Below are positions 59,971 to 64,000 of a stretch of DNA of 64,000 bases, piece by piece. The notes beneath the pieces are model-generated. The model searched no databases and was not told the origin of the DNA. It saw only the letters and a program-made list of their open reading frames with translations. The first letter of the stretch is position 1; the number at the start of each line of letters is the position of its first letter. A program made the translations under genes and the position numbers. This stretch comes from Azolla caroliniana (taxonomy: Eukaryota; Plantae; Polypodiophyta), in the NCBI GenBank assembly GCA_043228905.1, contig JBHGNT010000017.1:13330001-13394000 (forward strand), given 5' to 3'.

Positions 59971-62408
59971 ACAATCTTAAGGTGCCTTAAAATCGGCTTA
60001 CGCCCGAAATACAACTCATGTGCTAACAGTTTATCCCCGATCCGGTTTTGGATGTCGACGGCCGTCCAGACCACCTCAGCCTAGTAGAACTTGGGCATGC
60101 TCTTCTCCTCTAGCATTGCTTGTGCCACGTCGACAATTGATCGGTTCTTTCTTTCAGCCACACCATTTTGTTCTGGTGCATATCCGCAACCGAATTCTCT
60201 CTGAATTCCCATTTGTTGCAGATAACTGTTGAATTGGCCAGAAAAGTAATCTTTTCCGCCATCCGACCGTAGGCACTTGATCTTCCTTTCTGTTTCCTGT
60301 TCGACTAAACTCTGCAAGTTCCGGAAACAATCAAAAACTTCGCTTTTCCTTTTGATTAGGTAGATCCACGTGTACCGGCTATAGTCGTCGATGAAGGAAT
60401 GAAATATCGGCTCTTGCCAAGACTAACGTTCTGTGTTGGTCCCCATACATCCGAATGTATCAAGTCAAGCTTGTTACGGTTCTAGTTTCTTTCGTGGGGA
60501 AGGGAATCCGGTGTTGCTCCCCGAGCTGGCAAGCGTCATATATTTGGGCCTTCCGGCCACTGAATTTTAGCAATCCGAAAACAACTTGTTTCGATTGCAG
60601 TTCTTGAAGCCTCCAATAATTGACGTGGTCGATCCGCTTGTGCCACAAATCGATTTCCGACTCGATCTTTTGACCCTTTGCGAACAAAGCGGTGCCTACG
60701 TCGTTGGTGTTGAGGATGAACATCCTCCTGTCTCAGTACCCTTGCACAATAATCTGGCCCTCTTCCTTAATGAAGCACCTGAGGTGCGTAAACCGCACCT
60801 GCATCCCTTGGTTGACGATTTGTCCAACCGACACCAGGTTCTTTGTGATTTTCAGAACATGTAGTACATTCATCATCTTGCCCTTTTGTCTGACATGGCT
60901 TAAAGGGACTTCTCTGACATGCACAATCGACTGAGGAGTGTCGTCTCCAGCTTTTCCAAAAATGAGAACCACTCTTCATGGCTCCTTCCGATCCTTTAGC
61001 GTAGTGCGAGCTATGTCAGTTCCCTTGTGTGTCCTTATCATATCCGGATTTATCCGAGTCGGCTCGCTTCTTCTAGCACTTGCTCTCACGGTGGCCTTTC
61101 CTGCCACAGTACCAACATTCTGTATTGGCCTTCCATTGTTGGTTTCTGGCACTGCTTTGACTCCCCCTGCTTGTGGAGAGTCTGGAACTGTTGTCGGCAC
61201 CATCTCTGTGCCTTCGATTCTGCTCTTGTGGGCTGTTGTTATTGCATGCCGACCCACTTCGTCCTCCACTCCCACGGGGCCGATCCACCTCTATGTACAG
61301 CATTCAACTGTCCGATTGAGTGTGTTCCTTGACCCACTCAAGTGGTTTTCTTCGACCATGAGCATCGATTGCAAGTCGAAGAAGGACAGTGGCTTCTCCC
61401 AGGTGCAAATTGTCATCTGGATTGGCCCGTACCGATGTGCTAGACCACCGAGGCAGATCTGGACCATCTTGTCCTCGTCCACGGTCATGTTGATGGACCC
61501 GAGTGTGTCACAAATCTCCTTGATCTTGGTGGTGTAATCGGTGACTGACATGTCCCGTTGCCGGATACGGTGAGGTCTTGCCAAAGCTGCAACTTCTGAG
61601 CCGTGGTACTTGCGGTGAAAATCTTCTAGAGATTTTCCTAGGCCTCCTTCGGCGTTTTTGCATCCCTGATGTAGCCAAGCATCTGGTCGTGCACACAGCA
61701 TGCGAGATAGTACAATACTCAGCTCACTCCTTGTTCCCACACTGGGAAGTCCTTGTGTGCCAAATCCGGCACTACTACATTTGCTCCTTCCACGTAGCTC
61801 TAGTATTCGTGCCCCAACAGGTACTGGTGCATTCTGTCCATTTACGACCAGGATGCATAATTGCTCCGGTCGAGCTTTTATGTTGGAAGCGAGCTCGCCA
61901 TGCTTCTGTCCATTCTAATCTTTGTTTATTGTTCTTTACTAGGTATTAGGGTTTGTCAAGCCTCGTGCTTTGATACCATGTCAAAGTTAATATGTGGAAG
62001 ATTTGACAACCCGGTTTGTCTGAATAGCAACAGAAAATAGAGACAAGGTTTAATGGAAGCTTGAATCACAAAGAGCGGGAGAAACAGAGAGAGCAGAACA
62101 CTAGAAACTTAACTAAATAATAATAACACTTTGTACATACAATGTGCTCACTGAGCACTTTTATACAAGTCCATAAAAGGACTCACAGAAGTACTGACAA
62201 GTACTTCAATGCTCATACGAGCGACTGACACTGACTCCCAAAAATATGCCTACTTACTAGGCTACATTCGTAGGCCTCTAATCGCCTACCGGTTGCAATC
62301 TGATCTGGCTCTTGGTTTCGGACACCGATCCGGTTCTTCGTTCTGGATACCGATCTGGCTCTGGCTTATTTAGCCGATCCGAATCTGGTTGAGCTTGTCC
62401 GCTCAACA
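59971..62408 (-). mobile_element. 5' half of a copia family C element (LTR 61979-62408, iMet PBS, gag, PR, INT)
   Basis: TGGTATCAAAGC at 61967-61978 (minus strand), ECWYCGRKGHRESKC, DLWHKRIDHVN, LRSDGGKDY. Confidence 0.93.
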
Positions 62409-64000
62409 CCCATTGACAAATGTGTTCACATGTTTACCATCCTCGGGTGGAGGAAGTGTGGTTGATTACACATTAATGTTGGCATGTGATCTATCATTGG
62501 TGAATGTGTTTAAAGTTGGTTCTCTATCTCCGGACTCAGACCACAAGTCATTGTACTTAGAGCTTGCAATTCCACATTTCACCAATAGATGACATGGAGT
62601 GAAAGTTGAAATGAGATGTATCATCCAACCTTGCTATGACAAAGCTAAGATGTATGCAAATGAGGTGGAGAACCATTTGTTAAATTTTTCTCTAAGCAAC
62701 AATGTTAAAGAAAATTGGCAAGAATTGAAGGATATCATCCTTAAGGTTGGATATCAATACTTTAAGAGGCATGTGGATGGGCATAAGATGTGTAGTTTTC
62801 CATGTAATTCTTGGTTCGACGATGAATGTAAGATGTATCTCAAATGGTTTAAGTCCATAGAAGGGGAAAATGAAAAGATTGTTGCATGGCATCTATATAA
62901 GATAGTGAGGAGAAACAAAAGAAGATATTTCCAAATGCAAGAGATGAAAAAGAAAAACTTGTTTAAGCTCAAACCAAAATTAGCATGGGGACAACTCAAG
63001 GGTAAGAAAGAAGATGTCAAATGACAATTTACAAATGAAGAGATGTTAGACTATGTACAAAGGCTATATATGCATGAAGGTGTGGCTCCTATGGTTGAGA
63101 AAATTGAAACACCATGCACTACATATATTGTTATTGATGATGTCAATTAGGGAATAAAGAAGATGGCGAGTGGGAAACCAACAAATGCAACCTACATCTC
63201 AAGTGAGCTTTTAAAATGAACAATGCCACATACTCGTCACTGGATAATGACAATTATAGAGCAAGCTATAAAACAAGGATTTCCAAATGATTGGCTTATG
63301 AATTGGATTAAACCAATATTTAAAGTCGGAGATAAGAATCAAGTATGAAATTATCGTACAATAATGGTGAGCTAAACTATTGCTAAATTATATAGAACTA
63401 TTATGGAGCAAAAGGTAAGCACATGGGTTGAAAGTACAAGCAAAATAGCACTTGGGCAAGCAGGATTTAGACCAAAACACTCCATTGTGGATCATTTGGT
63501 CACGTTGAGAGTAATCAAGGAAGAGAGTCGACTACAAGGAAAAGCACTTTATTGTTGTTTTGTTGATTTCAAGAAAGCTTTTGATATTGTACCATGAAGT
63601 GAGCTTCGGAATAGAATGATAGAGATTGACATGCTATTAGAGTACCGAGTTGCTATTGCATGCCTATATGAACACGTTAAATGCCAACTAAAAATGGATA
63701 GTGGATTCTCAAAGCACTTTTTAAGTAACATGGGGGTCAAGCAAGGATGTCCACGATCACCTACAATCTTTGGCTTATGTATTGATAAATTAGAAGTGGT
63801 GAATAAGGTTGCAAGAGAAGAAGGATTGAATGACCCCAAATTGATGCAACATGTTATCTTATTGCTTCTATATGCAGATGATGTGGTACTCTTCTCATAT
63901 GATGTTGATAGTATGCAACATTTACTTGGTGTATTAGAAGAATTTTGCCATAGTAGTGGACTAGTAGTGAATGTGGAGAAAACAAAAATGATGATAGTGC
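62409..64000 (+). mobile_element. Degenerate non-LTR retrotransposon (LINE) ORF2: end of APE endonuclease + RT
   Basis: SVVDY..SDHKSL, WFDDECK, GQAGFRP, FVDFKKAFD, GVKQGCP.SP..F, LLYADDVVL. Multiple stops; runs off the window. Confidence 0.93.

Overview
Plant nuclear DNA. A fern or other non-seed land plant is my inference from the retroelement lineages. There is one intact host gene: a 4-exon HRS1/HHO/NIGT1-type GARP (G2-like MYB) transcription factor at 8390-12460 (+). It has two P1BS motifs upstream and three local tandem duplications. Most of the rest (1-2062 and ~14.5-64 kb) is a deeply nested graveyard of Ty1/copia and Ty3/gypsy LTR retrotransposons, solo LTRs and a LINE, and every element carries stops, frameshifts or deletions. 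The main discovery candidate is a gypsy lineage present as two diverged copies (23512-35230 and 51279-59970) with the layout gag-pol-ORF3, plus a non-autonomous partner (36421-39350). Its tRNA-Arg-type primer-binding site lies on the strand opposite to gag-pol, next to the downstream LTR where a polypurine tract should be. The upstream LTR has no canonical PBS. This points to either an antisense ('negative-sense') genomic RNA or a non-canonical priming mechanism. All calls were made by eye; no database searches were run.
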